The notes under the pieces were generated by a model. It saw only the letters and a program-made list of their open reading frames with translations. It was not told where the DNA came from and made no database searches. This document shows positions 15,201-27,200 of a stretch of 64,000 bases of DNA, in pieces. The translations under genes were made by a program, and so were the position numbers. The DNA is from Lingula anatina (Eukaryota; Animalia; Brachiopoda): the NCBI GenBank assembly GCA_051362555.1, contig CM120641.1:6572001-6636000 (forward strand), in the 5' to 3' direction. Position 1 is the first letter of the stretch. Each line of letters opens with the position of its first letter.

Positions 15201-18200
15201 CTATCCTGTCTGGTCCCTCGTAGTTCACACAGCCGCGACAAACGGGCTCGGAAAAATCGTGAAGCATTGCCCAAGGTGTCCGTGGTAAATCACACAGATA
15301 ACAGTGCTGGCGCTGAGTGCGGTGTGGCATAGACATTGCTGGTGAACTGTAGGGCCGTGAATATGTAGACAAACTAAGGAGACGTGTACGTATCTCAACA
15401 CATATTAGAGATTCTATTCCATTTTGACGCGAGCCTCTGCAGTCTGTAACTAAAATTTAACTCAGTTCAGGTTAATCTCTCCTGTGCGCATGCGTAGTTT
15501 ATGTACACAAACTCACGTGCATTACCAGTCCAAGGGGCAGTTGATCACACGCGTGTACGAACCTATATTGGATGATACGAAATAAATCAAAGTCGGTCCG
15601 AGCAGAGAATAGCTTCTTTCGGTGACTTATAAATTCGCGTCTGCCTCAAAGGTCAGTTAACGCTCATAATAATATCGACCAACATCCCGGATATGGTAAA
15701 ATGTAAACCTCCTTCAAGCGGCAGAGTGCTGACACGTCATAGCTACGCAAGCCATTAAGTGCATATCGTCGACTGAGCAGCCCTGGATTGACTGGTATTT
15801 TTAACGAAATCATTGCTACTCAAAGAATGCGCGGTTCGCAAGAGTTATCAGCACAACATGATAAGCTGTTAGGGGTTTCGCGAAAAACCTACCACCGCAA
15901 TGGTGGTTTTTTTCAGTGCGTTAATTAGGCCAACGTGTCTGAGTTAATATCATTTTCGGTGTTCTGGGGCGGGGGAGGGAGAGGGGTTGGTGAGGGTGCT
16001 GAAATTTGCAACATTCAAGTATATATTGTAAAATAAATTCAAATAATTAAATAAAAGCTATTACGGAGTCAATATATAAAAAATTAATCAACGCTTTGAA
16101 TCATTGCGTGCGCGGTTCCCCGGTGCACGTCGCGTGTGCAGCAGCACACCAACCCGTTTTTTCTCCCCCATCTCGAGGGGAATGAGAGAATGAATGTAAC
16201 GAGCACGCAATGCCTGCTTCAAAATATCAGCCAGTCAGCGATAAAATCAGATTAATGCACGGCGGCTTAATCACCTTGGCTAAAAACATCACGTAGGCAC
16301 GTCCACAGCCTCCTGGCTTCCATTTACTGAAAATCGATCCATATAAATCATTGCTGCAACGTATAGACTTCGTGCTCGGCATTGAGATACGACCATTGTC
16401 ATGGAGACCAAGCGTATGCATTGCCTTGACGTCAGAGCACACCACCCGGCAGACTAGTTGGAATCCGACCGCGCGCCGCGACCGTGCTGTTTAAGGCGAG
16501 GGTGAAGACGGGTAAAACCGCGCGTTTGCCAGTCCGCCATCGTTTCACAACACCAGGTTCCATATCTTGTCTCTTAATGCTGAAATTTTCCTTCAGTTCG
16601 TTTATTTATTGTGGTTTATCTCAAGAGGTAGGCCCTAATAATTCATGTATTTTCAAACTATATATATTTTACGTGGTTCATTATCCTAAGCAACTAACGA
16701 AATTTTATGCACTTCTTTACAAGTAAAATATTTAAATAGCATTTTCCTTCACCACACGGAAGACATTTTGCTTTTCGTGCGCTGCATACCTAAGGGTTTT
16801 TTTATTTAAATGAACACGTTGTTTGAAAGGAACGTGTTCCAATAGTGGCGGGCGGATATCACCCCGCAGACACTGACATGTAGACTCCTACACCTTCACT
16901 ATTTTTTGCCTTCCACTCAAGATAAAACGTAAACCCCCGAAACACGCACAGTATGATCCGGTTTCACCATTCTAGTAATCTCTGTGGCATTACTGGATAT
17001 AATGCGTTTAGCATTGTTCCTTCGGATTTGTTTTCCCGCCTCCTGACATTGACTTCCATGTTACACCTACACGATAGATTTTAAAGGTTAGGCTGAGGAG
17101 GTTTCTATCGGTATTGTTGGGTGATTTATTATAGTTTTTCAAAACATCAGCCATATTTTCCTTCATGGTCAAAGAAATGAGATCGTGTCATCCTCAAGCA
17201 GTTGATTCCGATCACGATCCCCTCTGACCAAATGATAACCTGAACTTGCAGATAATAATGTGTGACATATTTCCAGAGTCCGGATACGCTGAATGATTGC
17301 TCAAAATAATTACTCAATCCCCATGCATAGCATCATTATTTCAAAAAAAAAATTCTTCAACGAAAACGTGTCGTTTTTAACAAAATGATAGAGAGTTTAC
17401 ACTCAATATGCTGTCGAGTGAACTGGAATCAATTCTAATTCTAAGTGGCACCTTGCGAGATCAGACCGTGAAAGCAAAACCCGTGTTTCCCAGGATAAGC
17501 TGTCCAAAGATCTACAGAAATATTAAATTTTAAAAGCTTGACCCAGAAAACAAACGTTTTCGTGAATTTCCATTTTGAGGTATCACACTTAATTTAGCTT
17601 CAATGTGCCAAAAATTAAAACTGAAAGATTACGTACAACTTTTACTCTAATTTCTTTCACAAGCGTTTAGGGGCCTGTGCTTATTTTGATCTTCATGTAG
17701 ACCTTTTGTTTGAAATTTTTATTTGCACTCACATATTTATACAATTTCAACCTTTTGGTTGCTATTTTAAATAAACACGTTCTTCTCCTTTTTCTTCTTC
17801 TTCTTCTTCTTCTCTGCATCCCTCTCAGAGGACAAAATCGGCTGTTGTGACACACTATTCAGAAAAATACAACACAAATCGTTCCCCGATTTCTAATTCA
17901 AAAGAATAAATTATATCATAATATATTAATGTTGTCAGAAAGTCGTACATCGTACTTCTTTAACAAAGCATCCAATGTATATTTCATACCTCGTTCATTG
18001 CCTTAGCAGTATCCAGCCATTGAAAACGGAGATATTGATTTATTATCTTATGTTTTTTGAAGTGCAAGGGTTTGTTCATACTAAGAAAGTACATTGTCCG
18101 CATATAATTACCAGTGTCAGAAGGCTATTGGGATTTCAACTGCACTGTTACGAGCAAAAGAAAAACGAAAAGCTTTTCATTCTATTTACCACACGTGACT

Positions 18201-21200
18201 ATATTTCTTACAAAATACCCCAAATCGTGTTTAATTGAGATGGCGCTGCAATTGAGCAAATTATATAATCATCATAGTTACAGATTATCGTCTGCAAGAT
18301 AAAGGAGTAGATTACCAGTGGAGAGAAAAGCAGTAATATTCCAGGAAAAATACTTATTCTTTTCATTATCATTATAATAATTATTATAAAGAGACTTCAT
18401 TCAGGAAATGAGCGAAGACTTCTGTAAGGATCCTGTTTCATTTACGTCAAACCGTTTCATAAGCCAGTCAAATCGTGATTATCAGTTTACTGCCACGGTT
18501 ATCGAATTTAATGAGTGAGGTCAAAGCATACGTCAAAGATGATCCAGAGCCGTATTCCTGCTGTTAACAAAAAACGTGTACGAAACCTGACGATTTCCTA
18601 ATGAGGAATATGCAGAAGCGTGATTATTATGAGTGGTTGTTTGGTAATATTTAATGTGCAAGGCTACAAAGCTAATTCTTCGGTCGGACATCAACTCGGG
18701 TTGAAACTCGCACAGATTAAGACGGCCGTACATTCTGTTAGATTAAACAGTTATTTCCTTCAATGTCAATGTGAATCTTAACAGTACGATTTCTTAAAAA
18801 GTCAAATTACAAAGACAGCAATCGAACCTTCATTGTGACGATGCATGACAATTAATAATTTCAATAGGGCCCTACAGAAAGGAAAAAATAATATAAGATT
18901 GAATGGATAGTCAAATTGTACTAGTATAAAAGAACCATCGAAAGCGCACTCTGCCTGCTCACTCAGAGAATAAACAATCTTTTACAGACTTCCCGTCAAC
19001 GAGTGTCACCTCCTTCATCTTTGTAGCTCGAATTAATGCCTTTCACCTTGGTTATTTCCTGCCTAGCAGGTAACGCACGCAAACATGTTTACTCCATGAT
19101 GATTCTGGAGCAAATTTAAGAGTAAATTTTAATTTGAAAAATACGTGCCTTCTGAAACAGTGTATAAAAACTGAGACTGCGAGTTCAGTTGGCATGTGTT
19201 TTGCGTGTATAAGGAGGGAGTTACATGTCGAGAACACTTGGGAGTCACAGTCAATAAATTACAACTTAAATTATGAAATAAAACATCCGTATTCTTTTCA
19301 TTGCGTCAAATGTTACATATAGTATTCCTAAAATAATTCTATAAACGGCATTTACGACTGCCTTGTTAACGAGATATATAGTTTTGAATGTTTGAAAAAA
19401 AAGAAACAGTGTCTTAAGTAAAGTGGATTTAAAAGGGATAACAACTCTTCATTTTGGCGGGAGAAGTGACATAAAACGGATAATCCCAGAGTAAAAGATG
19501 ATTTTTCCATACTTTCCAATCGTTAATGAATAACATTTAAAGTAAGTCGACTTTTTAAAGTGTTTTTTATAATAACCTCTTAAGAGATTATTACGGAGGG
19601 TAGTCATCTATGAAGGTCTACGTGGTCCGACGGTAAGTACAGATTATGTCTATGTGGCGTTTACAATGTATTTATTGCGGAATTTTGAATCTTATGCAAA
19701 GAGTTATATAATAAGATAAAATTTTAAGTTTTCTAAAAAAAATCTTATTTAGCACGCGGTCAAAGGGTCAATGACCGTGCTGTGAGACTGATGATGAGAC
19801 AGCTGACCGCCAAGTGATGTTACAGACAAGACCGGTTTTCATGGCTAAGATAGAAGCAATATAGCTTTCGTCATTCAACAGAGCAATGAAAAAATTTCAA
19901 ACTCCACGTAATGTGTCAACGTTAATATCAGCTTAAAGGTTAAATATTTATAGTTTTTTTAAATTAAATAAGTGCGCAACGATGTTTAAATTTATTTCAG
20001 AGAGAATGCTGCTCATAGGATGTGAATCATTTATATGCGTGCTGTGTTAATGTAAAGCTATCATTCCACTCTAAATAATAGGGAATTCACGCGGTCGGGA
20101 ACGTTTTGGATGTGTATAAATTTCCTCAACTCTTTTGCTGGACAAATTTTGCGGTCACGGTCCTGAAATAACTTTAGAAAATGGAAATTCTGGTTGCATG
20201 ATCGTGAGTGTACGCCCTGCAGTTAGTGGTCGTGATAGTGTAATTGGTGCATTGCCCGAGCAAGTTTGAATCGCAAATGACAAATATTGCCGCATACAAT
20301 CTGCGGGCACGGTTTCACTAAATTTAAAATCGGAGTCTTTTGGACGAGTACGATTTGGAATAGCTATAATATATCTTCCTTTCGCATGTCGGCGGGAAGC
20401 GCACCACACAGCGATAAAAAGGGCAAGGTTTCACTAAAATGCCCCAAGCCAGTGCGTCGCTTTGAAAACAGAGTAATTGGTGACAAAAGAAAATATGAGA
20501 TTTGCATGCAGAGCACGACAGAGCGCACTTCTTTGACGGGGACACGGAGTGCAAACTGTGAGCAAATTCTCACCAGTCAACAGAAAATTGGTCAAAATTC
20601 CAGTTTAAATAACCAAAAGAATAAAGAAAGGCATTAACACCGTTTCTTCCTCGAGCCATCTGCTAAAATACAGAACAAATTGCCCATGGTCATACCCCAC
20701 GGAAAGGTGCGGGCAGACAGCCAACGACAACGAGTGCACTGCCGAGCGACCCCGCCACCAACCGCTGTCGTCTCCTTTTCTGAGATGTGCTTCATAAAAC
20801 AAGACGGCTGTACCCCGAGGGATCAGAGGAGTTTCGTGACTGCTAGTCACGCAAACTACGAATTATGCCCCAACTTTCAATCCTCGGTGTCATTACTAAT
20901 AGCCATATATGTAACCTGCCGCTTTTCGGATAACAGCAGTATAACACGCCAATTGTGTTTTGACAGATGTCGCACCAAGAGAGCTGGTGATGATGAAACA
21001 ATAACATGCGATATGCTCGTTATAGATGGTACCGCACAAAATTTTTAAGTGGCGCGCAATAGCTAAATAAAAGAGGTTAGTTTTTTCTTAACTACATTAT
21101 TATCAACGCACGCACACCCTCGCCTGTCAGACCTCCACAAAAAGATCAAATTCGCCATTTTGCGTCATTATCATAACCGTAACTGAATTATCCGTAAGCA

Positions 21201-24200
21201 GCAGCTCTTGCATTACAATGACATGAATTTTTTACAACTGAGAGCTGAATAAACGATTCAATGTTTTTTTTTCATCATTATACCGAGAGTATCTTTTCTT
21301 GAGGTTGTATGTCATCCAGCCACATGTCACTAAGCGCGGGTGTTCATAGGCGAGTCCTGCACGTGGAGCACGACATGACCATGTGACTGCCCGGGTGACA
21401 GATGGACTCGGCCACGGCTCATACTTCACTGGGGCTAAGAACTTTTATAATGAAACGATAAAAAATTGGAATTGACCCCGGTTCATTGTATTAAGAAGAT
21501 CGTTTATAAAATTTTACTGAATTTTTCCGCTTTTTTTATTATTGTTTGCATTTTCAATTTTTTTATAATTTTGTTGTTTGAATAAATATTGGGTAGATGG
21601 TTTTCCAGTCGGCGCGCAATTCTTGGTTTTTCGCCGTTTATAACAATGCAACTCACAGTCTTCGTAATGGTCTAAAACATGTATCTTGTAGCAAGTTCAA
21701 CATCATTTGAAAAAAAAAAGATTAATCTTCTCGGGCAGTATTGATCTGACTCAAGGCTGTCATTTTCGCAGCTATGTGATACTCAAAACATTGAAATTCT
21801 TTTCTTTTCTTTTTTTTTTTTCAAAATGACACAAATATGTGGGATCACCTTTTTGACAAAGTACCTTGGTTCTGTCAATACACTTTCTTAAAAGCGTAAG
21901 AATTTTTTTTCTTGAAATGATCAATTTGCATGATGTCCCCTTTTCACATCTGCACATGGCTTACCTCACGCCAAGGCATTTGTCTTCCCTTAAAGTTTCA
22001 CTGAATCAAAATGACATTAATCGCAGGTTTGCATGTACTCTATTCCAAGGTATAATAAAAATCGCCCTTTACAGGTAACTAGCTACAGTGATGGTCTCAG
22101 CATATCTTTTCCCCTTGCCAATTTTTCATTTGAAATAGCCCAATTAAATACACATTAAGAACAGAGAGAAATCATAATCAATATCAACTGTAAGACAGGG
22201 TTTCTCAGCAGTTGCATTATTTGTAAATATATGCATATAAATCATTTACAGCTGAGTAGGAGACGAACATGTTAACGTCCTTTTTTTTCTTTTTGAATAC
22301 CTGCTTTGTCAACAAGTTCTTCAAGTGCTTTATTGTATGGAAAAAAATACAACATCAACGGTAACAAGGATGGGCTCAATCACTGAGCAACTATTTTCAG
22401 GAAGGAGTGTTTACAAATATTAAAAAAAGGCAGTAAAGCAAAGAGGCATAATGGCAGAATGAAAGGGTATAAATATAGTATAGAAAAGATTTTATAAAGT
22501 ATCTGGATCTGAAATAATTTGTCTAGGAATATTATAAAAACATGATGCCATATCAAAGAATATATAATAGAACTTTGTTTATATAAAGGTTATGGTACAC
22601 AACACCAGCTATGTTTAACGAGAAATAAATGAGCATGAAAAATCAAATTCATATCTACAATGTTTTAAAATAAGTTTTCTAAACAAAAATTTTATGAAAG
22701 GAAATTTTGAAGATTCAGTAATATTGTTTTCGAATACATATATGCAAATAATGCAATGAAGGGTAGAAAAATTCCAGTCTTTTACAATTTGCTGTGACTA
22801 ATTTTATTCTAAAAAAATTTTATATAAGCAAAGCAGGGATTACCCAATTTTATTTGCTCGATAACTTATATTTATGTATTTTACAAATTATATTAATGAT
22901 GTATAGCATGACCTTTTGGTGCATTCATCAAATGTTGACCTGTACAAGTCATAAGCCTCTCAGGAAGGCTTGTGAATACAAAACAACCACCTCCATTATT
23001 TCTATGCAATGTTTCCATAAGTTGGAGGCTTGAATAACATTGAAAAACAAAAATATATATAGGAAAATAAGAACTAAACTAAGTTTTGACATCAGTACAC
23101 CTGTAAAATATGGTCGTCTTTGGCTTCATTGCAGTTATAATCTTAGCATTATTCAATGTGACTGATTTTTGTCATCATTTTCTCCCCAAAGATTATTTAA
23201 CATATAAGCATGCATGTTCTCATTATATTGATATGGTCTGACCTTTTAGATAAGTATCAGATGTTTCAGGTAAAGGGTGAAAGTTGTTTCTTTAACCTAT
23301 AATATCGCCTCCTTTCCATATTTGTCCCATTGGGATTCAGTTCCTGATGGTGACTGTAGAGCAGTCTGCGATGATAGCCACTGGCGACCAGTAAAGTTGT
23401 GTTTGGTGATATAATAAAAATCACCCATAGGAATTTGGTTTTTGATTTGATTAATTTTTTTTCTGTTATGAACTGTTACATGATGATTCTTAAAATAGAA
23501 GACATTTGAAAAAATCAAGGTGTTGTTATTGACAATATTAACACAAAAGGGGAAAACGTCCAGTCCTACTGAAATTTTTATTTGAACCTGTGAATTCTAA
23601 TTTGGAACCAGTACATTTTAAGAAAGTGGTTGTCCAAATAGGCAGTAAGGCACCATGTTAATACAATACCATGTAAGTTTTTTGGAAAATTAATGGTCCA
23701 ACGAGACCTTGTTTTGACCAACCTGACCAGTCAATAATGAATGAATCATCTGCTAACGAAGATTAGGCTTAGATCTATAGTTAACAAATGTGCACCTGCA
23801 ATGTCTGAACCAGGCATATTGTTAAAGCCACTTACTCATATGATCAAATATAAGAAGTAGTTCAAGTCACAGTGTGCAGTACTACTGACCTTAAACCCTA
23901 CTGAGAGCCTAACCACAAGATAAAAACACAAAATGGCAATTCAAGTCTTTGCCTGGGGAGAAATTCAGGCATGTGACAATAAGAATTCTGAAGAATAGCA
24001 TTTTCTTAAAAATGAGACCATCTCGATTCTAGGTAAAGATGACAAACAATTCATTTGTGGGCACAAAAAAAGGTATGCTAAATGACATTCCCCATTTGTA
24101 TATAAGTTTCCAGGAGAATGCAGAAAAATAAGGATTGATCAAGCCATTCAAGACAACAGCATAATCTCCCTACTAAGTATATATTTCTAAGAAGCCCATT

Positions 24201-27200
24201 ACTTACCTTGTTCTAGATCTTGTAGCTGGGGAGTGCTCAGATTTTAATACAGGACTTTCATGGGACAAGATAGTCTCCAACAGCTGACCACCTGGTTTGA
24301 AAATGAAAAGAAAAAAATGATATTCAGTAGATAGTCTCAAAAGTACAAAAGCATAATATTATTTATTTATTTGTAAAATAAGACCACGAGCAGGTGTCAT
24401 GAAAACAACCATTCAATTTCCAATGGAATTCAGAGACATTCATGGTCAATTTATTTAAAATTGAGGAATCTTTAGTTATTCTTTTATGGAGAGCATAAGT
24501 TTCTATATTATGCAATATCAAAATATTATAAATCTGTCTTGAAAGTGCTGTGTCAAATCTATAAACTTTACTGTTTGAAGAAAATTTGTTGTGGCTTAAA
24601 GGCAACTAACTTACCAATTTGCAGTCACATTGTTCCAATAAACACAAACATATGAATAAGATAAAAAGAACCCAGGTTGACAAATGAATAGAACTATTGC
24701 CTCACTAGTAACAAACTAAACTGCTCCAGTGTATCAGCCACCTACTTCTGTATGGAGGTCTTTCAGGTCTTCTCTCCTCCCTCTCCTCTTTCATTCTTTC
24801 ATAAGAAGTGGGCACAGGTGGTCCCTTCCTTGGGGCCGGAGTGTCCAGGGGTGATGACCACTGGACAGGGGACTTATCCTTGGATGGAGATATGAACTGC
24901 ACGGAGGGTTTAGACCCTCGGACAAGATAAGAGTCACTCTTGGACTTGGTAGGACTTTTTTGTTGAGATGAGACATAGGATTGGAAAGGTGGTTTGTGAA
25001 TATCAAAGTCACTATGCCTGTTATAGTTAATATAACCTGGACTCAGAGCTGACGCAATGTTCTGGTTTGATTCAGGATGATGGTAGTAATGGCGTTTATT
25101 ACTCTTGGATTCTCTGTCCCGTGGGTAGGCTTGTTTTATGTAGGTTTCTGGTTCAGGTCTGGTTTCTCTTGAGACCGACAGCAGTTTTATCTGAAAAAGT
25201 ACCAATGATGACTTGTGTTAAGCTATATGTATTTTAAAAATGTTGAAATTTTCTACATTCTTATTTAAAACAATGTTATGATATATGTGTAAAATGAGAA
25301 AATGCAAGGCTTTGTAACCACCTACATTAAAACAATAATTGAGAAGTACACCACAAATAAATACTCATCAAATAACCTGCAGGCTCAGTTGAAAACTGTC
25401 AGTTTTGTTAACACCGTACAACTACTATCGTTTTTGGAAGACAATTTGATAACAAGACAAAGATGTGAAGTAGTCAGGGGCTAACATGTAAAACCACCAT
25501 GTTTTCTATTTCTATAAACATATTTCCAGCTTGGTTGTGACTGTGTAACTTAGTGTATCTTATCTCAACAATGTTGTGATAATGACTGTAAATCATTGTG
25601 AGCCAATCTGATCACAAACTGCCAACATGTATCAATTATTCACCAAAAATAAATAAATAAAAATTCTAATGATATCCATGACTATTTCAAAATCATAAAA
25701 ATGTAACATATCTTAATCAGTCTATAATGATTAAAGACAACAAAATTTAATTATGAATTATCTATTTCCATCATTATGACAATGACATTTGGAATGATAA
25801 TATAGATTTAAGTCCCAGTCAAAACCATATGTTGGGACCTAGTATATATACAAATTGGTCTTGGCCTGTGATAAAAATTGTTTCATCAGGTTGTCATTAA
25901 AAGAAAATTCTACACAAATTTCCTTACACAGGCAAATAGCATCACACATATAGCCCAAACAACAGAATATGAAGGTTCACTTATTCTCCTACCTGCCACT
26001 CCATCTGCTGCTGCTGCATTCTCTCCAGATAATCCAACCTCCTCTTGGTCACCTCCTCTAGCTGTTTCTCCAGTTCTACAACTTTTCTCCCCTTATCACA
26101 GTTATGCTCTCTTGGGTCCACCTGTTCCCGAGGTTCCCCTTTGGGTGGTTGACTTTTTAGAGAGGATATCTCTTCTAGTAAAGCAGCTATTTTCCCCTCA
26201 AGCTCTTGCTGGGCCTTCACAATGATTAAAAACAGTTTTTTATTAAGTGATTGAAATAACTTTGTTTTTGTTATATCAAGGTAAGAAATTTCCACAAGTC
26301 TGTTAACCACATTACAGAATTTTTTCTGCTTGGTCAGAGCTTTTTACAGTTTGACTAGTGAGTCTATTTAATTTCGTTAAAAAAAGGGAATTTGACAAGG
26401 CTTGGTCCAAAGGATTCAGTGGAAAGCATTTGACTTTCTCCTCAAGCAAATACACTGACATACCTTTTATATTCAGGTGAGATGTGATTTTCATTTTATA
26501 GAGGTTACAGAGGATAAGCTGTGGTTTTAGTTGTTATTAGTTTTTTAACTAATAGTCAAGAATTCATAACATAAAAATTGAACAGAGTGTGCCAATTACA
26601 TGCTGAAAATGATTTCATTCCTTTAAACTGATGTTTTTTAAACTGAGAGGATCAATCTAATATTAATAATCATGATCCACTAACAAATAAATAAATAAAA
26701 TTAGAGAAAATAAAACTTGGCCATGTTCCATGAATAATTCAATTCTATATCCATTAACACATTTAATACTGTACCTTAAAGAAAGGTTGAGTGGCTGCCA
26801 CAGCAGAAGAGGCAGCAATAGCAGAGGCGGTAGCCAGTGTATCAGAAGGCAATGCTGTGGTAGAGGTAGAAGAAACAGGCTGGGCTGCAGTAGCTGCTGA
26901 AACCTCAGCTGATTGATCTTTACCAACATACTGTGCCTGTACCACTTTCTTCACTGGTCCTCCTGGTCTAATGTAATAAAATAATATATCTTGCAATAAA
27001 TATGTGGCACAAAGACTCCCATCATTTAATCCTTTATGTCTCAAATATATCTAAAATTGATGGATTAAATACATGTTCAAAAGATTTCTAAAACAAGTAA
27101 TTTGCAGCACCTATTTTTTTGTTTGTAACTTTATTAAATACAATATTTGTGTCACTACTGTCCAAACTTAGTACAGACATACAAATACACTAGAATTTTT

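Noticed and set aside
13392-15288. Alternative-frame and antisense ORFs over IRF2BP (similar ones overlie actin, the FCGBP-like gene and the DD gene)
   Set aside because: Shadows of GC-richer coding sequence, with no recognisable motifs.
15883-15913. Hairpin plus T run (ACCACCGCAATGGTGGTTTTTTT) resembling a rho-independent terminator
   Set aside because: Eukaryotic nuclear context; short stem; no Pol III gene recognised upstream.
20155-21048. Cluster of 69-122 aa ORFs on both strands
   Set aside because: No domain-like content or phase-consistent exon chain; better explained as CpG-rich non-coding sequence upstream of IRF2BP.
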